The position numbers and the translations under genes were made by a program. The notes under the pieces were generated by a model. The model was not told the DNA's origin, made no database searches, and saw nothing but the letters and a program-made list of their open reading frames with translations. Shown in pieces: positions 9,551 through 19,286 of a stretch of 64,000 bases of DNA. The stretch covers positions 24,793 to 88,792 of IMG/VR virus record IMGVR_UViG_3300012940_000022. The stretch is one strand, 5' to 3'. Each line of letters starts with the position of its first letter. Positions within the stretch are counted from its first letter, which is position 1. The stretch is from a virus.

Positions 9551-11074
9551 ATGCCTACGTACGAGCCTGCTACCGCAACGGAGGTCGCTGCCGTCATTGC
9601 GTCGATCGTTGAAGATGGGACGGTGCCACCTGGTTTCGCATTCAGCGTCCAGTGGAATCCACCGGTGCGGCGAGTCGTGCTGGGCGATGGAATCACGTCG
9701 GCAGAGCCGCCCATTGCCGGATTGGTGCGCGCGGTCATCGATGAGCCGAGCACGGCCACGAAAGCCACAATCAATTCCGCCGTATCCTCGGTCCTTTCCG
9801 ATGACGGGAGCCTAGCGCAACTATCGGTGCGCGATCTGATCATCGATCAGTTGACGCAGGCCATCATCGATTCCGCGACCGATATTGCTGAGGAGGCGAT
9901 TGAAAACGCCGTCGTCGGACTCGATCTCGTTGCCGCCAATCCCAGCTTTGATCAGGACATCGGATTTGTTGTGGCCGATCAGAACGGCCGTGCCACCTCG
10001 TTGATTCTGCGACGAGACGGCAACCTCCACGATTACGCCGTCGACCAATGGAGTCAGCGGCTCGCGTCTGCGGTAATGAGTGCCTACGGCATTGAGGCGA
10101 TCAACGAAACGGTGTCCGGCTATGCCGTCGTCGTCACGAATGACGACGGGCAAATCGCCTGGGGCATTCAGATGGACGGCACCGGCGGGGGTGCAGGGAC
10201 CGGGAGTGCCGCGAGCCCCACCCTTTACCCGGATCTGAATTGGGCGCACTGGACGGACTCACTGGGCGGTGGCCTGGCGACGAGACTCGCGGCCTACACG
10301 GGGCGAGATCACTACGACGGCGGTGTGGGCGGACAGCAATCGAGTCACGTAGCGGCCCGCATGGGAGCGTTGCCACCGCTAGTGACCGTGGCCGGTAACG
10401 AAATCCCGGCGAGCGGATCGGTCACCATTACGGCGATCGTGCGGCCGCCGATCAGGTGGGAAGTGACTGATACGCCACCCGGGAGCACCCTGGCCGTTTC
10501 AGGCAGTCTCACGGCCGCAGACGGGACCGTCGTGCAGGGCACGATTCAGCAGGCGAGCGGAACCTTCAGCTTCACCCGTACGAATCCCGGCGACGCCGTC
10601 ACGCTGGTCCCCAAGACGAAATTCATACCGACGTATGGCGCTGCGCACATCAACCGCCACCAATTGATCATCGCCGGCCGGAACAGCATGTCGCTTGCCG
10701 ACAACCGGCGGGTGGCACAGGACGTGGTGGCGATGTTGCACCACCACACCGCCGTGCAAGGGCGTACGATTCTGTGCGATGTGCCGCAAGGTGCATCAGA
10801 TGGATCGACGACCGTCGCGACGGTCACTGACTGGAATACCGTGTGGCTGCCACGCATCGCGCCGGGCCAGTACTTCCCCCTTTTCGCGAAGCTTCGGACA
10901 CCCGAAGCCGCATCGACGGCCGGCATTACCTTCACGTCGCAGGACAACGCCGACATCGCCGCCGGTCTGACCCCGACATCGTTCCGGGCTGACGATCTGC
11001 ACCTGAACGCCCTTGGCCAAGACGTTGCCGCAGCGTTTCTCTACCAAGAGATGCAAACACGAGGATGGTTGTGA
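9551..11074 (+). CDS. Probable virion-associated SGNH/GDSL-like hydrolase
   Basis: WTDSL (block I), GVGGQ (II), GRN (III), DDLHLN (V); start may be GTG 9512. Confidence 0.75.
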   Translation: MPTYEPATATEVAAVIASIVEDGTVPPGFAFSVQWNPPVRRVVLGDGITSAEPPIAGLVRAVIDEPSTATKATINSAVSSVLSDDGSLAQLSVRDLIIDQLTQAIIDSATDIAEEAIENAVVGLDLVAANPSFDQDIGFVVADQNGRATSLILRRDGNLHDYAVDQWSQRLASAVMSAYGIEAINETVSGYAVVVTNDDGQIAWGIQMDGTGGGAGTGSAASPTLYPDLNWAHWTDSLGGGLATRLAAYTGRDHYDGGVGGQQSSHVAARMGALPPLVTVAGNEIPASGSVTITAIVRPPIRWEVTDTPPGSTLAVSGSLTAADGTVVQGTIQQASGTFSFTRTNPGDAVTLVPKTKFIPTYGAAHINRHQLIIAGRNSMSLADNRRVAQDVVAMLHHHTAVQGRTILCDVPQGASDGSTTVATVTDWNTVWLPRIAPGQYFPLFAKLRTPEAASTAGITFTSQDNADIAAGLTPTSFRADDLHLNALGQDVAAAFLYQEMQTRGWL

Positions 11075-12000
11075 TGAGTGGTCTTCGCATTATCGTGCCC
11101 GGACTGACGCTCCCGGTAGATGCGCCGCGACTGGTGCAAGTTGACCCGATCGAGACGGACGGGTCGCTCCTTCTGGTCGAGCCGATGCCCCTTGACGAGT
11201 CGAAACAGTGGGCTGCTGGCGTTCCAGCGAGTGGATCGCTGCTCCGGAACCTGCTTGCCGATAAGGCGCTCGCGGTCTACGGATCTGGTGTTGAAGCCGA
11301 TGTCTCGCCCTCGATTGTCTACGCGAACCTCGATAACGTGCGGGGCAAGGTTGAGCGCAGCGCCAAGGGCGGACTGCACGTCATCCTGTCTCAGGACGAT
11401 GCGCGGGTCGCGGACACGAACGATCCGTATCTCGGCATGCTCCATACCGCCAAATTTCGCGAATGGATGTATTTGCACCCCGATCACGATCTCTATGTTT
11501 CGATGTGGGTGTGGCTCACACGGATTCAGCGCCTCGGAACGGTGGCCGGGACGTATACGGGGAACAGCGCGAACTATCTCTACGTGCTTCGCGCCGGGTC
11601 CTCCAACCAGCGAATACGGTTTGGTGGAAGCAATCCCGTCGGAAACGACCTCGGGGGGCGCAACGACGTTGCGGCCGCAGTCGGGCCGAAGCTTTTGAAC
11701 TCCGCGAGCGCCGCGTGGGGAACTAACCCGGCCAGCGCGTCCGCAACCAACGATTACGGTGTGACTTTGGGCGCATACCCCGGCAGTCAGGGAACGCTGA
11801 TCTCAGCACCGAGCACCGCGCAGGCGCGGTGGCCGTCCTACGTGGTGTATCGCTGGTACGTGGAAGACCTAACAGTGAGCGGTCGCACCTACGCCCAGGT
11901 GGACGCCCTCGACCTAGCGCTCTATACCAAAGAGGTCCTGACGGCTGGCGGGCGCTACTACGGCGACACTGTGCCGACCGATCCGGCGACGATCCCATAA
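11074..12000 (+). CDS. Beta-rich partner of SGNH protein (probably structural)
   Basis: TGATG coupling; MSGLRIIVPG...DPIETDGSLLL N-terminus resembles phage SGNH-partner genes. Confidence 0.7.
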   Translation: MSGLRIIVPGLTLPVDAPRLVQVDPIETDGSLLLVEPMPLDESKQWAAGVPASGSLLRNLLADKALAVYGSGVEADVSPSIVYANLDNVRGKVERSAKGGLHVILSQDDARVADTNDPYLGMLHTAKFREWMYLHPDHDLYVSMWVWLTRIQRLGTVAGTYTGNSANYLYVLRAGSSNQRIRFGGSNPVGNDLGGRNDVAAAVGPKLLNSASAAWGTNPASASATNDYGVTLGAYPGSQGTLISAPSTAQARWPSYVVYRWYVEDLTVSGRTYAQVDALDLALYTKEVLTAGGRYYGDTVPTDPATIP

Positions 12001-12010
12001 GGAGGTGAAT

Positions 12011-12442
12011 ATGTCAGACGACGTTATGAGGATGAATTCCGGTCTTTTCGAGGGATCACGCGGCCAGCGCAACGTCGGTGTGACGGGATGTCCTATTTCG
12101 GATAGGGAGGACATCGTCATCGGGACATTCCCCGCTCCCGACTTCGTCGACGTTGCGATGGCGCATCGCTTCGGGGATGTCGTTGCATTTTGGGCGCATG
12201 GCGAGCACGGAACACTGCGGCGCATCCCAGCGATGCTCACTCGAAATCCCGTCGTGCTTGTGAACGAAGCAAACGACGGAATCGAGGTGGTAGCATCACT
12301 CGTGATATTCGATCCGCAGCACTTCAGCTCAGACGGGATGAGGTCGGAGGTCATTTGCCGATTTTCTGCGAACCCCGATTATCCGGTCGCTGATCGGTGG
12401 AGTCCAAGGAGTGGCCCTTATTCTTTCGAGGAACGTAAGTGA
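12011..12442 (+). CDS. Hypothetical protein
   Basis: GGAGG RBS at 12001. Confidence 0.6.
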   Translation: MSDDVMRMNSGLFEGSRGQRNVGVTGCPISDREDIVIGTFPAPDFVDVAMAHRFGDVVAFWAHGEHGTLRRIPAMLTRNPVVLVNEANDGIEVVASLVIFDPQHFSSDGMRSEVICRFSANPDYPVADRWSPRSGPYSFEERK

Positions 12443-12444
12443 TC

Positions 12445-13251
12445 TTACTCACTCTCACTCGTACCCGACCAGTAACTCTTGAGGTCCGGCACGCCAAGAA
12501 CCATCGCATTTAGAGTGGTCAAGAGATCGAGATAGAAGTCACCAATCGCATCCATTTGATTATCAATTCTCTTGAACTGCACATGTGAATAACCGTCGGA
12601 GCGCATCGTCTCGTTATCGAAGACGAGGAGCCGTCTGGTCCCCTCGGTTGCCACATTCCGCAGTTGTCGAATAATGGTTCCGATGCCGTTGACTACGATC
12701 GAGCTAAGGAACTCGAAGGTACTCGGGTGGATATGCACGAATTCTGCGAGGTTTCTACACAGACTAGTCAACGAATTATCCCGCAATTGAAATGCGACGA
12801 TTGATGCGAATGGTCGGGGCTTCGCGGCCGCAATGCCAAATCCGCCGCCAAGGGGCCGAAACGAACGGTCTCGATCAAACTGCGAATGGAGTAGTTCAAG
12901 TTTTTCGAGCGTCTCCATGAGCTCCGCTTTTGTTAGCGAACTCTTTACCTCGATAACTCCATACACGCAGGTAGATGGGATCGTCGCAGTGTCCATCATT
13001 GCAAATGGCGCGCCGTAAAGTCGATCGTAGATGATGATGTCGATCGCATGAGAAAGATTGCCGCTTGGGAATATAATCTGCCCCTTCTTGAGGCCATAGG
13101 CTGAAGGGAGCCGACTCTGAATGAATTCTTTGAGGATAGTCTCCACATTGTTCCCGCGATCGCCGCGGTGATCCCCGATGGCTTGTGCCACTCGGTAGTC
13201 GTCTGCAATTCGCCTTGAAATTTCTCGAAAGATTTCGGGAACCGAGGTCAT
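12445..13251 (-). CDS. DUF6602-like PD-(D/E)XK nuclease
   Basis: E-ILKEFIQSRLP, GQII, DIIIYD, VYGVIEVKSSL pattern. Confidence 0.75.
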   Translation of the reverse strand: MTSVPEIFREISRRIADDYRVAQAIGDHRGDRGNNVETILKEFIQSRLPSAYGLKKGQIIFPSGNLSHAIDIIIYDRLYGAPFAMMDTATIPSTCVYGVIEVKSSLTKAELMETLEKLELLHSQFDRDRSFRPLGGGFGIAAAKPRPFASIVAFQLRDNSLTSLCRNLAEFVHIHPSTFEFLSSIVVNGIGTIIRQLRNVATEGTRRLLVFDNETMRSDGYSHVQFKRIDNQMDAIGDFYLDLLTTLNAMVLGVPDLKSYWSGTSESE

Positions 13252-13390
13252 CGCTTCTCTCCGGCCGATAGATCGAGGACAGAGTCACCGCTTATGCGAC
13301 CGCTATCGACCGTTCCGGCGACGGTCCGCTGGGACCATTTCATGACGGGCAATGCCACATCGGGTCATAGTGAGGAATGGTACCCTTTAG

Positions 13391-13560
13391 TAGAATAATC
13401 GCACCTCGCTTCAGATCCCCCTCAAGGGAGGCACGCAGCGCCCGCTCTCCCCAAAATTCGGCGGGCGTTTGCGTATCAACCACACTCAAGGCATCTTATG
13501 AGGAATGACCGGCCTGGAGCTGGCGGGTGCCTCATGCACCGCCAGCTCCTTTTGCTTTTC
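13391..13560 (+). ncRNA. Candidate ~150-nt structured sRNA or attenuator leader
   Basis: TAGAAT 13391; hairpin 13433-13474; terminator hairpin 13516-13549 with TTTTGCTTTT. Confidence 0.4.
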
Positions 13561-13991
13561 GGCCGGCCGGAGGAGGAACCAGTGGAAAGTCATGGATGGA
13601 CCGGAGCGGAGGGCGCAGCCACCTGGGTGGAGGCGCGACAGAAGACGGAAGCGCTGCTGAGAGCCTTGGGATGAATTGCCATTGACCGGTGGGCTTGCGG
13701 GACGATCGATATCGACGGTCAGCGAATGTACCTCGCGATGGCTGCTGCAGTGAGCATCCAGCGAATAACGCAGCCTTACTGAACCCACATCTCGCGGCAA
13801 ACTGCTTCCGCTTCCTGCCACCGTTAGGTGGCCCAACGCCCTGCTGACAGAGTGAGTCAGCAGGGCGTTGTGGTCCTTTTTCCATTGGTTCGAATGCAGG
13901 ACCACCCCGGACGAGTGGTGGCGCTGATGCTGCGTACGGGGAGCAAACGATCGGCATCTGGCGATCGTCGCGATCCGACTGGCATCACCGG

Positions 13992-14093
13992 ATGCCTAGG
14001 AAGGCGTCAGATGATGTATATATCGGACTCGGCACCGTGGTCGTCATCCTCCTCATCATTCTCATCATCATGATGCTCCGTGGATGCGCCTAA
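13992..14093 (+). CDS. Small single-TM peptide (YIGLGTVVVILLIILIIMMLRGCA)
   Basis: 33-aa ORF; RBS points to ATG 14014, which is 2 nt out of frame across a TA repeat; terminator follows. Confidence 0.5.
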   Translation: MPRKASDDVYIGLGTVVVILLIILIIMMLRGCA

Positions 14094-14113
14094 CGTCGCC
14101 AATCCGCTCTGAA

Positions 14114-14156
14114 CGCAAAACGCCCGGCGGGGATACCGCCGGGCATTGTTTTTGCG
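14114..14156. terminator. Probably bidirectional intrinsic terminator
   Basis: aaaac-gcccggcgg-ggata-ccgccgggc-attgttttt between convergent ORFs. Confidence 0.8.
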
Positions 14157-14327
14157 GAAATGTGGATCCGCTCCATCGAACGATGTGGAGATTTGTGCCC
14201 TGGTGACCCTTTGTATCAGAAGGGCGTTTTTGGGTTTACTGGAATCGGAGGACGCAGGCAGAAGAATGCAGAGCTCGAAGACGATCGAATCGTCTGGTCC
14301 GCAAATGGCCAACGCACGTTCCAGAAT

Positions 14328-14798
14328 CTACCCAAATTGTCGATTGACAAATTCGCCCCAGTAGCGCTCAAATTCTCGATCAAGGTACTCCGACAGGCGA
14401 TCGTCTGCTGGCGTATCGGTTTTGATGGTCCACCCACCTACCGAACCATGGCTCGTGTTCGTTTCAATTCGGATCTCAGAGACCGCAGTAAACCGCCTCG
14501 CCCTAATCTCGAAGTTCGGTGACATATTGCGATGACCTGGCGCACTCCAGTGAAGACTGAACTCCTGCGTCGGACTTTCCTCAATTCTTCCGGGGAACAC
14601 AGTTGCACCTCCGATGTCCTCTTCATCATTGAGTCTCTGAGCAAAGCGTTGAAGTGCCGGATACACGACTTCGCGATAGATATTGTTCGTGCTGATGATT
14701 CGCTGCTCTTGAGCCTTCTTCAGCGTGTCCTCTCGCTCTGCCTTAGCACGTTCAGCGGCCATACGCATGTCACGCAGAGAAGGTCGTTCTTCGGTCAT
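14328..14798 (-). CDS. Hypothetical protein
   Basis: AGGAG RBS; coiled-coil N-terminus then alpha/beta domain. Confidence 0.75.
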   Translation of the reverse strand: MTEERPSLRDMRMAAERAKAEREDTLKKAQEQRIISTNNIYREVVYPALQRFAQRLNDEEDIGGATVFPGRIEESPTQEFSLHWSAPGHRNMSPNFEIRARRFTAVSEIRIETNTSHGSVGGWTIKTDTPADDRLSEYLDREFERYWGEFVNRQFG

Positions 14799-14888
14799 TT
14801 TGCGATACTCCTGCTTCGAGTAAAAGCGAACACACTTGACGTTTATGCTTCAAAGCGGACCTTGGATTGGCGCTCTCCTGGTTCTTCG

Positions 14889-15476
14889 TCAGATACTCTG
14901 CGACGAGTTCTGGTTCGGCGCGTTCGAGGCCTGAGCTGCCGCTCGCCGCCGCAGGAGCCCTCGCCGTTGGACCACCGCCAGATATGTGCGACCAAATGCA
15001 AGCGCGGCTGCTTCGAGTTCTGCTCGGCCCCGACACCCGATAACGCGCGCATCCTCCTCCGCCGTCCATCGCTCCATCACGCGGTTTGCCGTCGCAATGG
15101 TTCGCACGTGTTGTTCCTGATCTCGCGCCGACCGAATTGCCCGATTGCGGAGCACCTGCTCGGGATGCGCCGCAATGTAGCGGCGGCCCGCTGCCCGCAA
15201 TTGCGCTCGATCTCGCTTCTGCGGCGTCTTGGGGGTCGGGCGAGGACAGGTGCGATGGCGGTTGGCGTGCGCTTTCCGGGCAGCAATCAGATTCCCACAG
15301 GCGACGCACGTCACCCAGTAGATCTTGCTGACGAGGCCCTCACGCCGAATGCGCTCCCTCGTAAACCGCACCTGTTGAAACGTGACGCCCATGCGCTCGG
15401 CGAGCGCACGGATAGAAATGCTCGGATCGGACCAGGCGATCTCGGCGATCTGCTCGGCTGAAAGGGGCTTCGTCAT
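14889..15476 (-). CDS. HTH + Zn-finger + Myb/SANT-like DNA-binding protein (paralog A)
   Basis: SIRALAERMGVTFQQV; WVTCVACG...HRTC; WTAEED...FGRTYLAVVQRR. Confidence 0.75.
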   Translation of the reverse strand: MTKPLSAEQIAEIAWSDPSISIRALAERMGVTFQQVRFTRERIRREGLVSKIYWVTCVACGNLIAARKAHANRHRTCPRPTPKTPQKRDRAQLRAAGRRYIAAHPEQVLRNRAIRSARDQEQHVRTIATANRVMERWTAEEDARVIGCRGRAELEAAALAFGRTYLAVVQRRGLLRRRAAAQASNAPNQNSSQSI

Positions 15477-15540
15477 AGTGCGGCACTGTGTTGCCGATTG
15501 AGGCCTCGGCACGGTACTCGACTCACGTGATCACCGCCGA

Positions 15541-16404
15541 TCAGGATTCGCAGCCGATGCCGTCATGGTCGCCGTCGAAGTTATGCGGATCCGGCGGGAG
15601 CACCGTAAATCGACGGTACGGGATATCTCCGCAGTCGAGGTCGCCTGCCTGCGAAACCGGCGGGATGCAGACGCCGGGATACGACGGATCACATGAGCCC
15701 TGGCTGGCGAGTCCCACGCCGGAAGCTGACGGTGCCGCCGGTGCCGGTGCCGGAGTAGGCTGAGCAAGTGGCGTATCAGCCCCGCCGCAGACACTCCAAA
15801 GGCCGCGCCCGGCCGCCTGGGCACTGTCCTGGGCCATCGTCAGATAGTCGACGTACTCGACATCCGGCGGAAAAGTGTCGAGGACGGCATAGCCATCTCG
15901 CACCATCGCGTCCTGCACGAGGCGGTAGCGGCCCTCTCCTTGCTCGACCCAGACCGAGCGCAGCAGGCGGTCGTAGCGATCGGTTTCGCTCACATCTTTG
16001 TCGAGGTAAATGAGTGTCTTGTGCGGAATGATCGACGCCAGGTAATTCGCTGCTTCCTGGCCGTAACACTCAACCGGGGTATTCGGATCGTGGAGTTCCG
16101 GCGTGTCAATGCCGATCAGGCGGACCGTGAAGCGGTCGTGGCCGATCGAGACCTTGATCGTGTCACCATCAACGATCTCTTGGACCCGCGCTTTGCGGAC
16201 GCCGGCCGGTAGCTCGGGGCGAACGAAGCCGGTTTGGTCGATGCTCGGGAGGTCTGGACACTCCCAGCCCTGAAGCTGCGCGTCCTCGCGTGCCAGAAAG
16301 TGGCTACAGCCGTCAGCAGCCGTTGTCGGTGCGCCCGTTTCGAGCGGGGCGACAGCCAGAACGAGTGTGAAAAGTGAGACGAGGCGGAGAATGCGTCGCA
16401 CCAT
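15541..16404 (-). CDS. Secreted thermonuclease (SNase) with Cys-rich excalibur-like C-terminus
   Basis: Signal peptide; DGDT, RLIGIDTPE, DRYDRLLR, GLW; CDPSYPGVCIPP...DGDHDGIGCE. Confidence 0.9.
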   Translation of the reverse strand: MVRRILRLVSLFTLVLAVAPLETGAPTTAADGCSHFLAREDAQLQGWECPDLPSIDQTGFVRPELPAGVRKARVQEIVDGDTIKVSIGHDRFTVRLIGIDTPELHDPNTPVECYGQEAANYLASIIPHKTLIYLDKDVSETDRYDRLLRSVWVEQGEGRYRLVQDAMVRDGYAVLDTFPPDVEYVDYLTMAQDSAQAAGRGLWSVCGGADTPLAQPTPAPAPAAPSASGVGLASQGSCDPSYPGVCIPPVSQAGDLDCGDIPYRRFTVLPPDPHNFDGDHDGIGCES

Positions 16405-16751
16405 CCCATGCTCCCAATGATTGCCGCTACTGCGGTGAAGAGAAGTACTCTTCAATCGCCTTCGTGATTGCGTTCTTGGCCAATTCGTAGGTCGCCGAAG
16501 ATAAATCTGGAATCTCATCGAGAGCGCCGCTCGCACTCCAGAACGATCAATGCCGACCGCTCGTCACAGCGACCTGTCAGGCGCAAGAACGCAGCACCAC
16601 GTGCAGAGCTGTTGAGCTGCATCTCGCCACCTGGTCGTGCGACATGTTCGACGAGAGACCGAGAGCGCCGATGTTGCGGCCACTTTGATCGCCCCCGCGA
16701 CGCAGATTGATCGGAAAGGCCGGAGACTAGTACCTAGCCTGGCCGCTCCGG

Positions 16752-17063
16752 TCAGCTCTCCTCAGCGCTTCCGGGCTTTGTTCGACCGTCTTTCGCATCA
16801 ATTGCGGCGCTTATTGCATTCGTGAAGAGCTCATCGTCCTGCTGACGCGTATCCATCTCGAAAAACCCCGGAGCTAAGGTGAACTTATGTCCGGTTTGCT
16901 CCAATTCGTTGAGTGCCGCCATGTACGTGGCACTTCCAGCGTCAAAAGGCACCTCAGCGTGGCGACTACCATCACTTTCATGAATGACAGCGAAGCCTCG
17001 TAACTGGTCACCAGAACTAAACACACGCAGTCTCTTCAGTTCCACCAAAACTCTGTCTGACAT
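16752..17063 (-). CDS. Hypothetical protein
   Basis: AAGGAG RBS immediately after upstream nuclease stop. Confidence 0.65.
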   Translation of the reverse strand: MSDRVLVELKRLRVFSSGDQLRGFAVIHESDGSRHAEVPFDAGSATYMAALNELEQTGHKFTLAPGFFEMDTRQQDDELFTNAISAAIDAKDGRTKPGSAEES

Positions 17064-17075
17064 CTCCAACTCCTT

Positions 17076-18086
17076 TCAGTCGAGCCAGATGGCTACGCCG
17101 CCGTGGCCCGAGCACATTCCCCGATGATTCAGTGAATAGGAATACGTCCCGTCATTGCACTGCGCGGTTGCGCCGCTGGGGTTGTCGCCCGGACTCGGCA
17201 CCCAGATGCCGTCGACGTTGTAATAGCCGTCGCCGCCGCCACTGTCGGCATACCCACTGCCGTCGTCGGCGGAGCTGCTTCCACTCGAATCGCCGTACGA
17301 GAGTCCCTGCTGCTGATCGACGCCGAAGTAGACCTCGCACGCCCGGCCGTCATAGTTCGGATCGAGATAGGGTTGCGTGTCTGGATGCGCGGCGTAATAG
17401 ACATTGGCTTCGTCAAACGACGCGAATGGGCTGCAATCGGTAATGAGCGCGGCTTCCGGAACTGGCGTGGGCGTCGGCGGGACCGCAGTCGGAACCGGCG
17501 TGTTCGTCGCCTTGGGTTTCGGGGATTCGTGCACGCCGCCGCAGGCGCCCCACAGCCCGGCCTTGTTGTCCTGAGCTTCGGTCTGAAGTTCTTGCAGCCG
17601 GTGGTAGTACTTCGGATTGTCTTTGCGATCGTCGAAGCCGGCGTAGCCCTCGCGGACCAACTTCGTGTTCAGGAGCGCGGCCTTTGCTCCGCCCTTGCCG
17701 GGAATCCAGAGATAGCGGATCGGCCGGTCTTTGCCGTCCAGATTGACGCCGGATTGCTCCAAGTAGACGAGCGTGCCGATCGGCAGCAGTTCTTCGACCC
17801 GGGCCTTCGACTCGGCCCGGTAGCACTCGCCGGGCTCTGGCGCGTCGATGCCGGCGAACAGGATTTCTTGATCGAATCCGTCGATCTCGATGACGATCTT
17901 GTCGCCGTCGCTGTAGTCGGCAATCGTGGCCGCTTCGGCAGACTCCGGCACGCCGTTCGGCCAGGAGGACTTCAGGGCTCCCGGACCGGCCAGTGCCACG
18001 TGTGATGCCAGTGACATCAGCAGCACCAGCAGACCGAACGTTCGCACAACGAACGCACTCTGACCGCGATCTCGCACCCGACTCAT
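17076..18086 (-). CDS. Secreted thermonuclease-like protein with excalibur-like and DUF3761-like C-terminal domains
   Basis: DGDK, GIDAPE, LVREGYA, GLW; DC..F...A...LDPNYDGRACE; ATAQCNDGTYSYS...GMCSGHGGV. Confidence 0.88.
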   Translation of the reverse strand: MSRVRDRGQSAFVVRTFGLLVLLMSLASHVALAGPGALKSSWPNGVPESAEAATIADYSDGDKIVIEIDGFDQEILFAGIDAPEPGECYRAESKARVEELLPIGTLVYLEQSGVNLDGKDRPIRYLWIPGKGGAKAALLNTKLVREGYAGFDDRKDNPKYYHRLQELQTEAQDNKAGLWGACGGVHESPKPKATNTPVPTAVPPTPTPVPEAALITDCSPFASFDEANVYYAAHPDTQPYLDPNYDGRACEVYFGVDQQQGLSYGDSSGSSSADDGSGYADSGGGDGYYNVDGIWVPSPGDNPSGATAQCNDGTYSYSLNHRGMCSGHGGVAIWLD

Positions 18087-18451
18087 ATGCTCCCCCGACT
18101 GCAGCCGCAACTCTCCGGTTCACGGCGCGCGTTAACGACCACGCCCACCGCGAGCGCGGTGGCGTTGATCCCTGGCTGATGGCTATCTGCAACGCTGAGT
18201 GCAATGATCGGGGATAGTCTAGCGAGCGAAGAGAACGCTGCACAGAATGATTAGTCTGGGGATCATGGGGCGTTCAGCGAATACGACGGGGTACTTTGAT
18301 ACCGCTCGCCCGCATTCACTGCGCCAGTTGCCGGGCGAGACCGGCGACCTCTCACCTATCTGAAAGCAGAAACCCACCATTCGCGAAGTTCCCGCTGACC
18401 CTCGCAATGCTCTTCAATGATTTGACGTGCGGCGCCGGGATACTCGCGTTT

Positions 18452-19138
18452 TCAGAATGATCCCTGACGAGCGATCGGCTCGATCAGACCCGGATCGTCG
18501 TTGCCGGCATTGCCGACCCGAGGTGAGACGGGATAGGCCTCGAGCGCGTCGCTGTCAAAGGGTTTGAGCAGTGGCAGCACCGCCTCGGGCTCGGTCAACT
18601 CGCGGTCGAGCCACACCTCTTCATCCTCGGGGTGCAGAATCACCGGCATGCGGTCGTGGATGCCGGCAATCGCTTCGGCCGGTGTGGTGGTGATAATCGC
18701 GTAGGTGATCACCCATTGGTCGGCTTCGTTCCTGAACTCCTCCCAGAGCCCAGCGAAAGCGAAAACGTCTTCATCCTTGAGATGAATGTAATACGGCTGC
18801 TTCTTGCCTTTATCGCCCTGCCACTCGTAATAGCCAGATGCCGGGACAATACAGCGCCGCTTCCTGATCGAATCCTTCCACGTGTTGGTCTCGGTGACGG
18901 TTTCGGCCCTGGCATTGATCGGCGCTTTGTATTTGCCGCCCGGCTTCCACCACGGTTTCTTCAGCCCCCACTCCATGAGGCGAAGCTCGCGCTGCCCGTC
19001 CTTGTTCTCTGCGATCACCGGCAGTTGCTGGCTCGGGGCGAGGTTGTAACCCAACTGAATGTGATCGGCGATCACGCCAACCCTGAACCGTTCGATGATG
19101 CCGGCTTCAGTGCCGGCAATGACGTAGCGTCCACACAT
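18452..19138 (-). CDS. SOS response-associated peptidase (SRAP/HMCES/YedK family)
   Basis: N-terminal MCGRY, YNLAPSQ, INARAET, RCIVPASGYYEW, IHDRMPVIL. Confidence 0.96.
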   Translation of the reverse strand: MCGRYVIAGTEAGIIERFRVGVIADHIQLGYNLAPSQQLPVIAENKDGQRELRLMEWGLKKPWWKPGGKYKAPINARAETVTETNTWKDSIRKRRCIVPASGYYEWQGDKGKKQPYYIHLKDEDVFAFAGLWEEFRNEADQWVITYAIITTTPAEAIAGIHDRMPVILHPEDEEVWLDRELTEPEAVLPLLKPFDSDALEAYPVSPRVGNAGNDDPGLIEPIARQGSF

Positions 19139-19181
19139 GGCGCACTTCCCTCCGCGACAACTCGGATCGTACCTGATTTCC

Positions 19182-19250
19182 CGCCTCGGGTCACTTTTCC
19201 CCCGTCGTCTCCGCGTAATTCTCGAAAACGCCGCATGCCGTGAATAGCAT
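19182..19250 (+). promoter_or_regulatory. Late-promoter half motif and -10 before prohead protease
   Basis: GGT-CACTTTT 19189-19198; TAGCAT 19245-19250. Confidence 0.5.
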
Positions 19251-19286
19251 GCCGCCAACGGCAACCCCGTTGGAGGACCCGGCGTC

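Noticed and set aside
13672-13674. In-frame TGA as selenocysteine or recoded stop
   Set aside because: No evident SECIS-like hairpin or redox motif; all other genes use TGA as a normal stop
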